This document shows, piece after piece, positions 13,338 to 27,608 of a stretch of DNA of 64,000 nucleotides; the first letter of the stretch is position 1, and each line of letters starts with the position of its first letter. The position numbers were made by a program, and so were the translations under genes. Source of the stretch: Octopus vulgaris (lineage: Eukaryota); NCBI GenBank assembly GCA_951406725.2, contig OX597837.1, positions 28,210,001 to 28,274,000 on the forward strand, written 5' to 3'. The notes under the pieces are model-generated. The model ran no database searches, was not told where the DNA came from, and saw nothing but the letters and a program-made list of their open reading frames with translations.

Positions 13338-14039
13338 AAAAAATTGTTATCTTACAATTCTTGAAAAGTCACATTATGACGAAAACCGGTTTGAATTAAT
13401 ATATACTCTTTTACTCTCTTTTACTCTTTTACTTGTTTCAGTCATTTGACTGCGGCCATGCTGGAGCACCACCTTTTAGTACTTATTCTATCGGTCTCTT
13501 TTTGCCGAACCGCTAAGTGACGGGGACGTAAACACACCAGCATCGGTTGTCAAGCAATGCTAGGGGGACAAACACACACACACACAAACACACACACATA
13601 TACATATATACGACAGGCTTCTTTCAGTTTCCGTCTACCAAATCCACTCACAAGGCATTGGTCGGCCCGGGGCTATAGCAGAAGACACTTGCCCAAGATG
13701 CCACGCAGTGGGACTGAACCCGCAACCGTGTGGTTGGTTAGCAAGCTACTTACCACACAGCCACTCCTGCTCTGGGTCGCCAGTCCTCAGTCAAATTGTC
13801 CAACTTATGCTAGCATGGAAAGCGGACGTTAAGCGATGATGATGATGATGACAACATAAAAATTATAATGATGTAGAAGACTAAGGAATATGAGGGAGGT
13901 AATAAATTTTATCAATTTCTCATTTCACTAAAATTTTCTTTCAATTTAGCATTCTGCACTTTTATACAATTTTTCCTTGCTTATCATTTCTCCACGTGCG
14001 GTCAACACAACCCCGCCATTTATTGATATATATATATAA

Positions 14040-14338
14040 GTGGAGGCGCAATGGCCCAGTGGTTAGGGCAGCGGACTCGCGGTCGTAGGATCGCGGTTTC
14101 GATTCCCAGGCCGGACATTCTGAGTGTTTATTGAGCGAAAACACCCAAAGCTCCACGAGGCTCCGGCAGGGGGTTGGTGGCGATTCCTGCTGTATTCTTT
14201 CGCCACAACTTTCTCTCACTCTTTCTTCTGTTGGCCTGCTCGCTTAGCCAGCGGGTGGCGTCATTTGAAGGCTAAAACAATGCGAAGCGCATTATGACCA
14301 GCGATGTGTAGCAACATCTGATAGCTTGGTCGGTTACG

Positions 14339-14342
<4 letters not shown>
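14040..14342 (+). mobile_element. SINE family C, short-tail form embedded in (TA)n
   Basis: Same head; tail gaccagcgatgtgtagcaacatctgatagc.tggtcggt.acggtga(TA)n. Other copies: 18609-18880(+), 4275-4573(-). Confidence 0.85.
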
Positions 14343-14395
<53 letters not shown>

Positions 14396-14399
<4 letters not shown>

Positions 14400-15982
14400 A
14401 TATAGATACCAACTTGCAGTCGCTCTGATCAACCTCTGGAGAAATTCTTTAGACTCAGGTTATATACCGAAACAGCTCCTATCCCACCTGTCATCCCGGT
14501 TTTCAAACAGGGAAACAGATCCCTCGCAGTTAACTATCTCCCAATCTCACTCACCTCCCACATCATTAAAGTGTTTGAAAGAGTGGTAACATCAAGGATA
14601 GCTGACTTCCTGGAGACCCGCAAACTCCTAAATGCAAATCAGCATGGCTTTCGCTGTGGCAGGGACTGTCTAACATAGTTCTTAGACCACATTGAAAATA
14701 TACTTAAAGCCTTGGGAACAGGTTCGAACTCTGATGTCATATATCTTGACTTCAGTAAAGCGTTCGTCAGGGTTGACAATATCTTACTCTCAAAATTGGC
14801 AAATGTTGAAATCCGTGGAAAACTTCTACACTGGATTAAGTATTTCCTGGCGAATGGAACACAACATGTTGTGGTCGATGGAGTCCACTCAAGCCCAGGA
14901 AAAATCACCAGTGGTGTCCCTCAGGGGACTGTCTTGGCCCGCTTCTCTTTATAATTTACATAAATGACCTTTCCAGCATCGTAAATCACTGCAAAGTGAA
15001 AATATTTGCTGATAACACTAATCTCCAGCAAATCATTAATGAAGAAGACCGAACTCAACTCAAGTCTGATCTATATACTGTGAGTCAATGGGCAGACAAA
15101 ACAAAATGCAACTTGAACGAGGGAAAATTTGAGCTGATGCATTTTGGAAGAAAGTCTATACTAAAACAGCCATACTCTCTTCCTTCAGGAGAACTGCTCA
15201 CAGCATCTAACAATATCAGAGACCTGGATGTAATTGTAGAAAACAATCTCAGTTGGAGTGCCCACATCAAGAAGGTCGATATAGCTCGTAGGATGAGCTC
15301 CTGGATCTTAAGAAGCTTCCGGTCCAGAGAATAAGGTGTCATCATTTCGCTTTTCTCCCCCTTTGTACAGCCACACCTCGAATACTGCTTCCTCATGTGG
15401 TCTCCCCATACAAAACAAAACATCTCGAGGATTTAATCACCCCAGAGGGCACTCACTAAACTAATTGAAGGTATGACTGATCTCGATTACTGGGACCGCC
15501 TTAGAGCCTTGAAACTCTACTCTCTCCAGCGTCGCCGTGAACGGTACATCATTTGTACGATTTGGAGAATATACCGCCAACTTTGCCCAAACGACCTGAA
15601 CATTAGTTTCAAGGTTCATGTAAGGCTGGGACCACGAGCCACACGTCCCTGCCCAATTCAGGATCACAACATATAGGTACACTGCGACATAATTTCTTTT
15701 CCTCAACAGGTCCTGCACTGTTTAACATTGTCCCGAAAGAGATCAAAGAGGAAAAGATCCCATCACCATTAAACGGAGTCTGGACAGATTTCTTCAAGGA
15801 ATACAGGATAAGCCACCCATACCTCACTCAACAACTCACTCAACAAGAACTCACTACTTGAATGGACCATAAACAAAACTTGACTTAAGCAGGATTTAGA
15901 TAATTCTATCAGGTGGCGCTATTAAATTAGATATGACCTGGACCAATCTTTGGTCGAAATATATCTAAGTTTATCTAAGTTT
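14396..15982 (+). mobile_element. 5'-truncated, decayed non-LTR retrotransposon (CR1/L2-group) ORF2 reverse transcriptase and 3' end
   Basis: RT motifs across frameshifts: PISLTSHIIKVFERVV, QHGFRCGRDC, DVIYLDFSKAF, SGVPQGTVL, IYINDL, KIFADN (degenerate YADD), RDLDVIVENNLSWSAHI, LKLYSLQRRRERY; stops and frameshifts present; 3' stem-loop gaccaatctttggtc and (ATCTAAGTTT)2 tail; begins immediately after a (TA)n run. Confidence 0.9.
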
Positions 15983-16627
15983 GTGGGCGCTGCGGGCTGC
16001 TTTAGTTGTATTTACACCAGTTGTCAACTGCGAAAAATTTTCACCACGAGAAAATACACAGTCAATGGCTTTACTCTTTACTTGTTTCGGTCATTTGACT
16101 GCGGCCATGCTGGAGCACAACCTTCAGCCGAGCAAAGTGACGGCTTGTTCAAAAGGCCGAAAGTCTGACAAGCAAAATTCAAACTCGTAATAACATTGCA
16201 TTTCCCAAAAATGTCTTAGCACAATTCCCCGCCATTATCAGTCATTTGACTGCGGCCATGCTGGAGCATCGCCTTTTAGTCAAGCAAATCGACCCCGGGA
16301 CTTATTCTTTTGTAAGCCCAGTACTTATTCTATCGGTCTCTTTTGCCGAACCGCTAAGTGACAGGGACGTAAACACACCAGCATCGGTTGTCAAGCGATG
16401 CTGGGGGGAAAACACAGACACACATACAAATATATATATATGTATATATATATATAGGACGGGCTTCTTTCAGTTTCCGTCTACCAAGTCCAGTCACAAG
16501 GCTTTGGTCGGCCCGATGTTAGAGTAGAGTACATTTTCCCAAGCTGCCGCCATGTGGTTGGTAAGCAAGCTACTTACCACACATCCACTCCTATGCTAGG
16601 GGGACAAACACAGACACACAAACACAT

Positions 16628-16660
<33 letters not shown>

Positions 16661-16974
16661 CATATATACGAACAGATATGTTCCAATTATGTGATTCCTT
16701 GCCGCCATCTTATCTAATCTTTCCCCTTACAACCCATTAATCTTAAAAGCTTTTTTCCTCTTAACTGGCTGTCATTGTTTCCATAGAAACGGTAATCTGG
16801 AATCTCCCATGTTTCATTCCTTTTGTTCATTCTAACCAAATTCTATAGTTTTATTTTTTCTATCTTCTTTCTTTCGTTTTCTTCATCCCTCCTTTGCTTA
16901 TTTCTTCATTTCCTTCCTTTTCTTTCATAATTCATTCACTTCTCCCATTTCCTCGCCCAGCACTTCCTTTCTTC

Positions 16975-17130
16975 CTCTCACTCTCTCTCTCTCTCTTCCT
17001 TTCTTCCTCTCACCTCTCTCTCTCTCTCTTCTTTTCTTCCTCTCACTCTCTCTCTCTCTTCCTTTCTTCCTCTCACCTCTCTCTCTCTCTCTTCTTTTCT
17101 TCCTCTCACTCTCTCTCTCTCTTCCTTTCT
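16975..17130. repeat. Polypyrimidine tandem repeat
   Basis: Repeated ttcttcctctcac(CT)n units of about 31 bp. Confidence 0.75.
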
Positions 17131-17568
17131 TTCTTCAATATTTCTTTAATCATTCTTTTCTGACCTAATTTCACTTACCCTTTTTTATTTTAATCCCATT
17201 CTTTCTGTCCCCACTTTCCTATTTACGATTTTCGTTCTATATTCCTTCCATTTATTCCTTCCTTCATTCTTCCCTTGTTTTCATTTTTTCCTATTTCTTT
17301 TCTCCGCCTTTTCTTTCTCATAACATTCTCTCATCATCCGTTATCCTCTCTCTCCTCCACAAACTCTTTTACTCTTTTACTTGTTTCAGTCATTTGGACT
17401 GCGGCCATGCTGGAGCACCGGCTTTAATCGAGCAACTCGACCCCGGGACTTATTCTTTTGTAAGCCCAGTACTTATTCTATCGGACACTTTTGCCGAACC
17501 GCTAAGTAACGGGGACATAAACACACCAGCATCGGTTGTCAAGCAATGCTAGGGGACAAAAACACGCA

Positions 17569-17624
<56 letters not shown>

Positions 17625-18082
17625 TATATACATATATATACGACGGGCTTCTTTCAGTTTCCGTCTACCAAATCCACTCACAAAGCTTTGGTCGGCCCAA
17701 GGCTATAGTAGAAGACACTTGCCCTGGGTGCAATGCAGTAGGACTGAACCCGGAACCATGTGGTTGGTAGACAAACTGTATACATCTCTTTATATATTCC
17801 TCTCTTTATCTATCTATATTTCTTTCTCCCCTCCCCTTCCCCCCTCTCTCTCTAACCAAGAAACCTCTGTGTTACCATCCGACCGGCTAGAAATAGCAAA
17901 CATGGGTAAACAGACAAACTGTATCACAAACTAACACATTCGCTCGTGCAAAAATACACACACGCATCTCCCTTTCTCTCTCCCATTCTTTCTCTTTCTC
18001 TCCCCCTCTCTCTCTGTATATATATTTTGATTTTTTGATTTTTCCAGTTTTAGCTAATGAGCTGTGGCCATGCTGGGGCAGC

Positions 18083-18126
<44 letters not shown>

Positions 18127-18517
18127 CGCAGGAGTGGCTGTGTGGTAAGTAGCTTGCTAACCAACCACATGGTTCCGGGTTCAGTCCCACTTCGTGGCAC
18201 CTTGGGCAAGTGTCTTATGCTATAGCCCCGGGCCGACCAATGCCTTGTGAGTGGATTTGGTAGACGGAAACTGAAAGAAGCCTGTCGTATATATATATAT
18301 ATAAGTGTGTGTGCATATGTTTGTGTGTCTGTGTTTGTCCCCCTAGCATTGCTTGACAACCGATGCTGGTGTGTTTACGTCCCTGTCACTTAGCGGTTCG
18401 GCAAAAGAGACCGGTAGAATAAGTACTGGTCTTACAAAGAATAAGTCCCGGGGTCGATTTGCTCGACTAAAGGCTGTGCTCCAGCATGGCCGCAGTCAAA
18501 TGACTGAAGCAAGTAAA

Positions 18518-18602
<85 letters not shown>

Positions 18603-19133
18603 CACACGTAGAGGCGCAATGGCCCAGTGGTTAGGGCAGCGGACACGCGGTCGCAGGATCGCGGTTTCGATTCCCAGACCGGGCGTTGTGAGTGTTTATT
18701 GAGCTAAAACACCTAAAGCTCCACGAGGCTCCGGCAGGGGGTGGTGGCGGTCCCTGCTGTATTCTTTCGCCACAACTTTCTCTCACTCTTTCTTCTGTTG
18801 GCCTGCCCGCTAAAATAATGCGAAGCGCATTGTGACCAGCGATGTGTAGCAACATCTGATAGCCTGGTCTGTCACGGTGATATATATATATATATATATA
18901 TTATTGCTCGTTTCAGTTATTGGACTATACCCATACTGGGACTCCGCCTTGAAATTTAGTCTAACGAAATCGATCCCAGAATTGCTTTTTATTTTTTAAG
19001 CTTGGTACTTACTCTGTCGGTTTCTTTTGTGGCATGCGCCAAGATATTGGGACGTAAACACACCAACACCAGTTGTCAAGCAGTGGAGGGACACACGCAC
19101 ACACACACACATACGTACATATATATATTGTAT

Positions 19134-19222
<89 letters not shown>

Positions 19223-19304
19223 AAAAAATATATATAAAAATACAAAATGGGACAAGATACATGTATATATATATATATTCATACATGTGTGTGTATATAT
19301 ATAC

Positions 19305-19342
<38 letters not shown>

Positions 19343-19358
19343 GTGTGTATATATACAC

Positions 19359-19406
<48 letters not shown>

Positions 19407-19708
19407 GTGTATATGTGTGTGCGTGTTTGCATATGATCTGCGAATGAATTCAGACTGACATATTGTAAACAAGTTGCGAAGGGAGCATTCAACTGACATG
19501 TGTGTGATTTATGTTTTCAAGACTCACATTTCACTCACATTTTACTGAAATTTTCCACTGCAGCTTTGCATGCGAAATATAACTTTGTGTTTCCTAAATG
19601 GCTTTTGATCATTTCAAAATTGGATTCTTTTTTTTTGCTACTTCAGAAATTAAGAATAAATTACACAACAAAACCTAAATATTTTAAAAGCATGTTTTAA
19701 TTAACATA

Positions 19709-20088
19709 CACTTGCGTCAGAAATTAATTAGCACTTCTCAAATTTCTACATTAAATAGGTTAAATTAATTAACCTATGAGCTGTTCAAAACGTCTTACGC
19801 GATGAGAAAACTTAGTATGGTGTGATTTCGGTCCTTGCGAGGCGCTACCTATATCTATTAAACAAAGGAAGATTTGTCTGCATCCGCACTCCAAGTTGTT
19901 GTTGCACTGCTATGTCAACATCATAAGGCTGTAGACTCTCAAACTGCTCTGCAAACAAAGTTACGTCATCGTTCTGCGCAACAGTGAACTCGCAACAAAG
20001 CAATAGTTCGAGATTTGGCCACTAGGTGACAGCACATACCTTGAGTGAAGAGCAAATCAAGGGTGCTAATTAATTTCTGACGGTAGTG
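19709..20088. mobile_element. Tc1/mariner-type MITE (380 bp)
   Basis: TA|cacttgcgtcagaaattaattagcac ... gtgctaattaatttctgacggtagtg|TA: 26-bp TIR with 2 mismatches, TA target duplication, no coding capacity. Confidence 0.8.
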
Positions 20089-20179
20089 TATTTTTCGATA
20101 GTTAGATGTAAGAATCGGTCGTCAGGTACTTTAATGCGATTTTAATAATTCTTTCTACTATAGGCATAGAGCTTGCAAA

Positions 20180-20609
20180 GGCGGCGAGCTGGCAGAAACG
20201 TTAGCACGCCGGGCGAAATGCGTAGCCGTATTTCGTCTGCCGTTACGCTCTGAGTTCAAATTCCGCCGAGGTCGACTTTGCCTTTCATCCTTTCGGGGTC
20301 GATAAATTAAGGACCAGTTACGCACTGGGGTCGATGTAATTGACTTAATCCCTTTGTCTGTCCTTGTTTGTCCCCTTGTGGGCAATAAAGAAATAAGAAA
20401 CGTTCGCACGCCGGGCGAGATGCGTAGCCGTATTTCGTCTGCCGTTACGCTCTGAGTTCAAATTCCGCCGAGGTCGACTTTGCCTTTCATCCTTTTGGGG
20501 TCGATAAATTAAGGACCAGTTACGCACTGGGGTCGATGTAATCGACTTAATCCCTTTGTCTATTCTTGTTTGTCCCCTCTGTGTTTAGCCCCTTGTGAGT
20601 AGTAAAGAA
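20180..20609 (+). mobile_element. SINE family B tandem dimer with TSD, nested in an older minus-strand family B copy
   Basis: Two near-identical units; flanks ataggcatagagcttgcaaa / ataggaatagagcttggaaa. Similar tandems at about 2075-2640 and 38922-39305. Confidence 0.85.
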
Positions 20610-20868
20610 ATAGGAATAGAGCTTGGAAATTGGTTGTGGGCAGAGTCGGTTACATCGACCCAAGTCCTCAACTGGTACTTATAATATCGGCCCCGAAGGA
20701 AGGAAAGGCGGAATCTAAACTCAAAACCTTATCTCAGCGGAAATTAAACTCAAAACACAAAGCCGGAAGAAATGCTGCCAAGTATTTTGTCCGGACTGCT
20801 AACGATTCTACTACCTCACCAATTTAAATAATAAGGATAATGTCAATTAAATCTTTAATTTATATATG

Positions 20869-21402
20869 ACTAGCAGAAATACCCATCGTTGACTGGGTTC
20901 AGAAAGAGTCTTCAAAAATTATACCCTGATTTATGAAAGTTACTGCTTCGATATTATTGAATGTTTCATAGCGGAATATCCGCAGGTTCTTATTGCCAGG
21001 TTTCGGCCCAAAAAGTTATAATATTTTACTAATGGATCTGCTGATAGTCAGTTTCTTCAGCTCTTTCTCTTTTCCTACGCTGAGATTTCTTAGGTAGTCC
21101 AAATCTAATATTTTTCGGAGGCATTGTAGTAGGGTAAAGTAATCTATAAGACAGGAGACTTAACTCATGTTAGCAAACTTACAGATTTCATCGACGTGAA
21201 AATTGGTAAAAGTTATGGTTGAGAAGCTATTTTTACTGCTATCCGGGGATTCCTCGGGGAAAATAATTTGACAAAAGCACAGCCATGATTGTGACTAATG
21301 TCCTCCTAAAATTGGAGCGACATGCGTGCCAATTTGTGGACGTGCATAAAGTACATTCACGTACACACACACACACGCATACAATCTATATAGAGAGAGA
21401 TT
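20869..21402 (+). mobile_element. Non-autonomous Helentron/DINE-1-like element
   Basis: 5' actagcagaaat followed by hairpin acccatcgttgactgggt; 3' (CA)n microsatellite then tatatagagagagat|t, the layout known for HINE/DINE-1 elements. Confidence 0.45.
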
Positions 21403-22550
21403 GAGTGTTTATGGAAGAGAGTGTCTCTGCAAGTGACCAATCAGACTTGAGTATGCAATTTTACAGTGTTCCTTAAGGGAAGATGTGGTACGAGCTTCAA
21501 ATTAGAACTTTTGCTTTAAACATGTTGGACCTGCGGTTCGCAGTACTTGTGGTTCACATGTCAACAGGACATCACTATATCCTATCTTCAAAATACTTCA
21601 TTCCGCTAGTTTACAAATTAGAAAACACTACGAAATGATCACCTGTTCTGTTGAATTGTGATGCTGTCTGCAAATAATTTTCTATGTGAATCAAGATCAT
21701 ATTAAAAGATTTTTAATTAATTCCATCACAACCACTACTACCACTAGCACCACAATCGCCACAGCAAATACTAATTCCCCTCCAAGCACTTCCGGTAGAG
21801 AGTGAAGGAGTTGGCAAAAACAGAGCTTCCCTTTCGGATATTATTAAACGCCAGACTACGAAGAACACATTGTCATTGAAAGGTCAAAAGTGTTGACTGA
21901 CCAAATATAATTAAATATAATAAATTCCTCTGACTGCATGAAACAGCAACAGCTGTGTTCTGGGGAGGTTTTGTCTGTCTTTGTTTGCTAGTCTCGAGTA
22001 TCTCGTGTCGAAGAGCGATAAACTTTCTGACATTCCACAGACACTGTTCCATTGTAAATTACGACAGTTGGCAGTTAACCAGTGTACTATGTACCATCAA
22101 ATTTTCGGGTCATTTTAAAAAATCGATGGGTTTCGCATTTATCAGAACGACTACCGCCATTGATTTCGTAAAACTAAATTTTGTTTGCGACGAATGAGAT
22201 CGGTTCCATGACCTGTTGGAAAAATTCTTTCCGAATATATAACGGGTGACAGACGTTTATTCTTTTATTCTTTTATTTGTTTCATTCATATGACTGCGGC
22301 CATGCTGGAGCACCGCCTTTAGTCGAGCACATCGACCCCAGGACTTATTCTTTGTAAGCCTAGTACTTATTCTATCGGTCTCTCTTGCCGAACCGCTAAG
22401 TGATGGGGACGCAAACACACCAGCATCGGTTGTCAAGCGATGTTGGGGGGACAAAAACAGACACACAAACATATACATACATACATACACACATACATAT
22501 ATATATATGTATGTAGTGTGTATATATATCTATATATATATGTGTGTGTG

Positions 22551-22594
<44 letters not shown>

Positions 22595-22941
22595 CTTAAC
22601 ACACAGCCACTTCTGCGCCTTAATAATAATAATAATAGTAGTAGTAGTTACTAGGGGGCCCCGTGGAAATTCCACAGAACGAAAAAGATTAAGAGAAGCT
22701 ATTTAAGAAAGAAAGATTGATTTGCATTTTAATTTTTATCTTGCTCACTGCCAGTCACAGTAATGTATTATATGATTTGAAATTTTCCCCTAATTGCGCA
22801 CTTTATATTTTTCACTTTCTCTCTACTTCTGCAACAAACTTTTTAATGATGTAATTCCTCTCTTCATGCCTTTAGCATTTCGCTTTCTCTCCACCCGTCA
22901 CGTCCACTAACCGCTTGAGTGACAATATAATGCATCGGCTG

Positions 22942-23325
22942 GGAGGCGTAATGGCCCAGTGGTTAGGGCAGCGGACTCGCGGTCGTAGGATCGCGGTTTC
23001 GATTCCCAGACCGGGCGTTGTGAGTGTTTATTGAGCGAAAACACCTAAAGCTCCACGAGGCTCCGACAGGGATGGTGGTGATCCCTGCTGTACTCTTTCA
23101 CCACAAACTTTCTCTCACTCTTACTTCCTGTTTCTGTTGTACCTGTATTTCAAAGGGCCGGCCTTGTCACTCTCTGTGTCACGCTGAATATCCCCGAGAA
23201 CTACGTTAAGGGTGCACGTGTGTGTGGAGTGCTCAGCCACTTACACATTAATTTCACGAGCAGGCTGTTCCGTTGATCGGATCAACCGGAACCCTCGACG
23301 TCGTAACCGACGGAGTGCTTCCATC
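22942..23325 (+). mobile_element. SINE family C, long-tail form (tRNA-derived head)
   Basis: Head ggaggcg.aatggcccagtggttagggcagcggactcgcggtcgtaggatcgcggtttcgattccc (A and B boxes); TSD aatgcatcggctg. Other copies: 30188-30572(+), 36842-37226(+), 37571-37953(-), 38443-38830(+), 52350-52730(-). Confidence 0.9.
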
Positions 23326-23765
23326 AATGCATCGGCTGGCTATATTCTCTTTCACTTGCTTTCATATTCCCTATTCTTTTCTCTATCTCCACCTCCTCTC
23401 TAACAAACTATAATATTCTTCTACGAACACAGTGAAGAATAAATATATATTTAGTTTTAAAAATATTTATCCACACACCATCACAGTAGTTTTCAATAAC
23501 AAAGCTCATTTCATTTCAGTTCAGTTCAGCTGTTTGTTTTTATCTACTTTTTTTGCTGTCATTGTATCTCCACTCTGACAATACAAACGCTATCTGCCTC
23601 TCTCTCTCTCAATATAAGTACCTCCTCTGTCCCTCTCTCACGATCTCTCAAAATAAGTGCCTCCCCTGTCCCTCTCTTTCTATTTACCTTTCTTTAACCT
23701 CACCACTAGAACTCTATTAATCATATTAACCTAATTGCATCACTTTCAGAACTGCTTACTTCCCT

Positions 23766-23857
<92 letters not shown>

Positions 23858-23974
23858 AAACGATAACGAAACCGGTGTGCCTTTGTATATTGACTCATGA
23901 TAATGGTTTTTATAATTCTTAATTCCACCTTAAATCATTTATTTTTTTATTTATTTTTTTTTTTATTCATTTAT

Positions 23975-24364
23975 TTACTTGTTTCAGTCATTTGACTGTG
24001 GCCATGCTGGAGCACCGCCTTTAATCGAGGAAATCGACCCCGGGACTTATTCTTTGTAAGCCCAGTACTTATTCTATCGGTCTCTTTTGCCGAACCGCTA
24101 AGTGACGGGGACGTAAACACACCAGCATCGGTTGTCAAGCAATGCTAGGGGGACAAACACAGACACACAAACACACACGCACATATATATACATATATAC
24201 GACAGGCTTCTTTCAGTTTCCGTCTACCAAATCCACTCACAAGGCATTGGTCGGCCCGGGGCTATAGTAGAAGACACTTGCCCAAGATGCCACGCAGTGG
24301 GACTGAACCCGGAACCATGTGGTTGGTTAGCAAGCTACTTACCACACAGCCACTCCTGCGCCTA
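23975..24364 (-). mobile_element. SINE family A, full-length (tRNA-like head, central domain, internal TA/TG microsatellite, 3' module)
   Basis: Head aggcgcaggagtggctgtgtgg (A box) and gggttcagtccc (B box); tail ccagcatggcc.cagtcaaatgactgaaacaagtaaa. Other minus copies at about 4595-4927, 7320-7720, 13405-13770, 16238-16650, 17362-17775, 22258-22615, 25232-25633 and 40183-40608. Confidence 0.9.
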
Positions 24365-24422
24365 TTTGTATATATTACTTTTATATCTAGTGTGCATTTT
24401 CTTCGTTTCTTTTTACTTTTAC

Positions 24423-24455
<33 letters not shown>

Positions 24456-25837
24456 TTGCTGATATCAAACAGTGAGAATGAGTGCTCAACACCGCATTGG
24501 TGGATAAATATTCTTTGTTGGGTGGCCAAGCTACGATTGCGTTCATGTTCAGGAAGGTATATCATGATTTTATCGTGTTTTCATCGATGTTGGAGACAGA
24601 CACCAACATCCCATGCAATAGACTTGAAAATAGTTATGAGCTATACCTCTCCTAATATGAAATCAATGGTAGCCTGGTTAAACCACAAATAAAATATATA
24701 TATTCAACATTTCTCGAGCCTAACGTCATTACATACCATTTACTTAAGCGAATACAGAAGTTTAGAGTTAAATATCTTAAACCCCAGTGATGGGATATGA
24801 ACCCTTTACACTGGTTAACTTGTGTCCTAGCAACTCTGTCTTTGAGGTACTTTGACGGTCCCAAAGAATATCGTTAATTTGAGCCAACACTTTCTCAATA
24901 GAAATGATGTGACTTCGTCATATGATTCGATAAAATTCCTGAATTTACTTCCGTATTATGACATAGGTTTCACAACTTCCGGTCGTTTTCTTTTGATTCA
25001 TTGTTCGCACTTATGTGAGTGTATGCATTCATGTGTGTCTATTTGTTACTAGGGAAATTTACTCGAACTTATGTTTCGCTTGATTAAGTTAAAGTGATGT
25101 CTCGTTGTGTAGTTGAACTGTCCTACTCCGTAGCCAAGCCCCGTCGATGACAACAGCCAATCAATTTATTGACAAATGGCAAGAACGAAGTCTAATAATG
25201 TTTTCATATTTCTTTTTTTTCTTTTTCTTTTTCCTTGTTTCAGTCATTTTGACTGCGGCCATGCTGGAACACCGCCTTTAGTCGAGCAACTCGACCCCGG
25301 GACTTATTCTTTTGTAAGCCCAGCAGTACTTATTCTATCGGTCTCTTTGCCAAAGAACCGCTAAGTGACGGGAACATAAACACACCAGCATCGGTTGTCA
25401 AACAATGCTAGGGGGACAAACACAGACACACAAACATACACACACACATATATATATATACATATATACGACGGGCTTCTTTCAGTTTCCGTCTACCAAA
25501 TCCTCTCACAAGGCTTTGGTTGGCCCGAGGCTATAGTAGAAGACACTTGCCCAAGATGCCACGCAGTGGGACTGAACCCGGAACCATGTGGTTGGTAAGC
25601 AAGCTACTTACCACACAGCCACTCCTGCGCCTATATAAATATTTTTCCTATCATTTATATCTCAACCTTGTACACATTGAACAGTAAATCATTCCTTCCA
25701 AATATAACTTTTATGGCATTTTTTTGTATCATTCAGCACTAATTTTTTCATTATGAATAAAATAATTCACCACCAAAAGAAAAAAAAGACCTTAATTATT
25801 CTACTGGAGGAAAACTATATATCACGTGAATTATACA

Positions 25838-25861
25838 ATAAAACTAATATATACATAAAAC

Positions 25862-25908
<47 letters not shown>

Positions 25909-26366
25909 AAACTAATATATATATATATATATATACATAAAACTATATATATATATATATATACATAAAACTAATATATATATATATATATACATACACA
26001 TAAAACTAATATATATATATATATACACATAAAACTAATATATATATATATATACACACACATAAAACTAATATATATATATATATATACATAAAACTAA
26101 TATATATACACATAAAACTAATATATATATATACATAAAACTAATATATATACACATAAAACTAATATATATATATATACATAAAACTAATATATATATA
26201 TATATACATAAAACTAATATATATATATATACACCTAAAACTAATATATATATATACACATAAAACTAATATATATATATACACATAAAACTAATATATA
26301 TATATACACATAAAACTAATATATATATATACACATAAAACTAATATATATATATATACATAAAAC

Positions 26367-26397
<31 letters not shown>

Positions 26398-26409
26398 ATA
26401 CACATAAAA

Positions 26410-26447
<38 letters not shown>

Positions 26448-26478
26448 ATACACATAAAAAAACTAATATATATATATA
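25838..26478. repeat. Compound minisatellite, unit CATAAAACTA(AT)n(AC)n
   Basis: Roughly 20 copies of cataaaacta with variable dinucleotide spacers. Confidence 0.9.
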
Positions 26479-27041
26479 AAGAGATGGGGGCCATCATTGT
26501 TACAAAGAATTGATTGCCAGAGACAAAGCAAGAAATAGAGGGGGGAAAGCTGGAAGAACATAACAGCGAGAATAAGCGGAAAGGACAGAGAGGGAGTGAG
26601 GGAGGAGAGAGAGAAGGCAGATTGAAACAATTTCTAACTGGGTAAAACAGAAAATGTTCAATTGATTGATGGACAAAATAATGAATGAGTATGTGTGTGT
26701 GTGCGTGGGGGGAGGTGGTGGTGGATGCACTACGTGTGTATGATGACAATGAAAAGTAGAAGTGTGATTCTAATAGCTCAGTCAATTGTTGGAGGGAGAA
26801 AGATAGAAATAGAGAGAGGGAGAAGGCGGAAACAAGGAAGTGGACATGGAAGGGGTGAAAATGAAATAAAAATAGCTTACGCATACATATACAGGCGCAG
26901 GAGAGGCTGTGTGGTAAGTAGCTTGCTTACTAACCACATGGTTCCTGGTTCAGTCCCACTGCGTGGCACCTCAGGCAAGCCTCGGGCCGACCAAAGCCTT
27001 GTGAGTGGATTTGGTAGACGGAAACTGAAAGAAACCCGTCG

Positions 27042-27072
<31 letters not shown>

Positions 27073-27608
27073 GTATATTTGTGTGTCTGTATTTGTCCCC
27101 TCAACATCGCTTGACAACCGATGCTGGTGTGTTTACGTCCCCGTCACTTAGCAGTTCGGCAAACGAGACCGGTAGAATAAGTACTAGGCTTACAAAGAAT
27201 AAGTCCTGGGGTCGATTTGCTCGACTAAAGGCGGTGCTCCAACATGGCCGCAGTCACATGACTGAAACAAGTAAAAGAGTATACTTTTGTATATATACAC
27301 ATGCATATTATACCTACTTACGTCTGTTCACGAAACAGATGTAAAACGCAATCATTTCACACAAATCTCATCTGCCAAATACTTTATTCACTCCCGGACG
27401 CTGGCCACTTTATACACGATATTTTCTTATTTCTTCAGTCGAACTTCTAAGAGAAGAATAGGTGGCTTGCTTGCTTGCATTATATACACAAACAGCAAGT
27501 AAGTTCCCCACTAAACGAGAGGACACGACAAGTCACTGGTGACACGGACTCTTCCCATTAGAGGATAATTAACGACCTCAAAAGAACAGGTGTTTTAATT
27601 GTTAAAGT

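Noticed and set aside
18996-19499. Long ORFs rich in YI/HT/CV repeats (also near 11560, 28479, 29153, 57999, 61658)
   Set aside because: Translations of (TA)n, (CA)n and (TG)n microsatellites, which lack stop codons.
21955-22250. MFWGGF resembling the Tc1 MVWG motif
   Set aside because: No other transposase motifs or paired TIR found.
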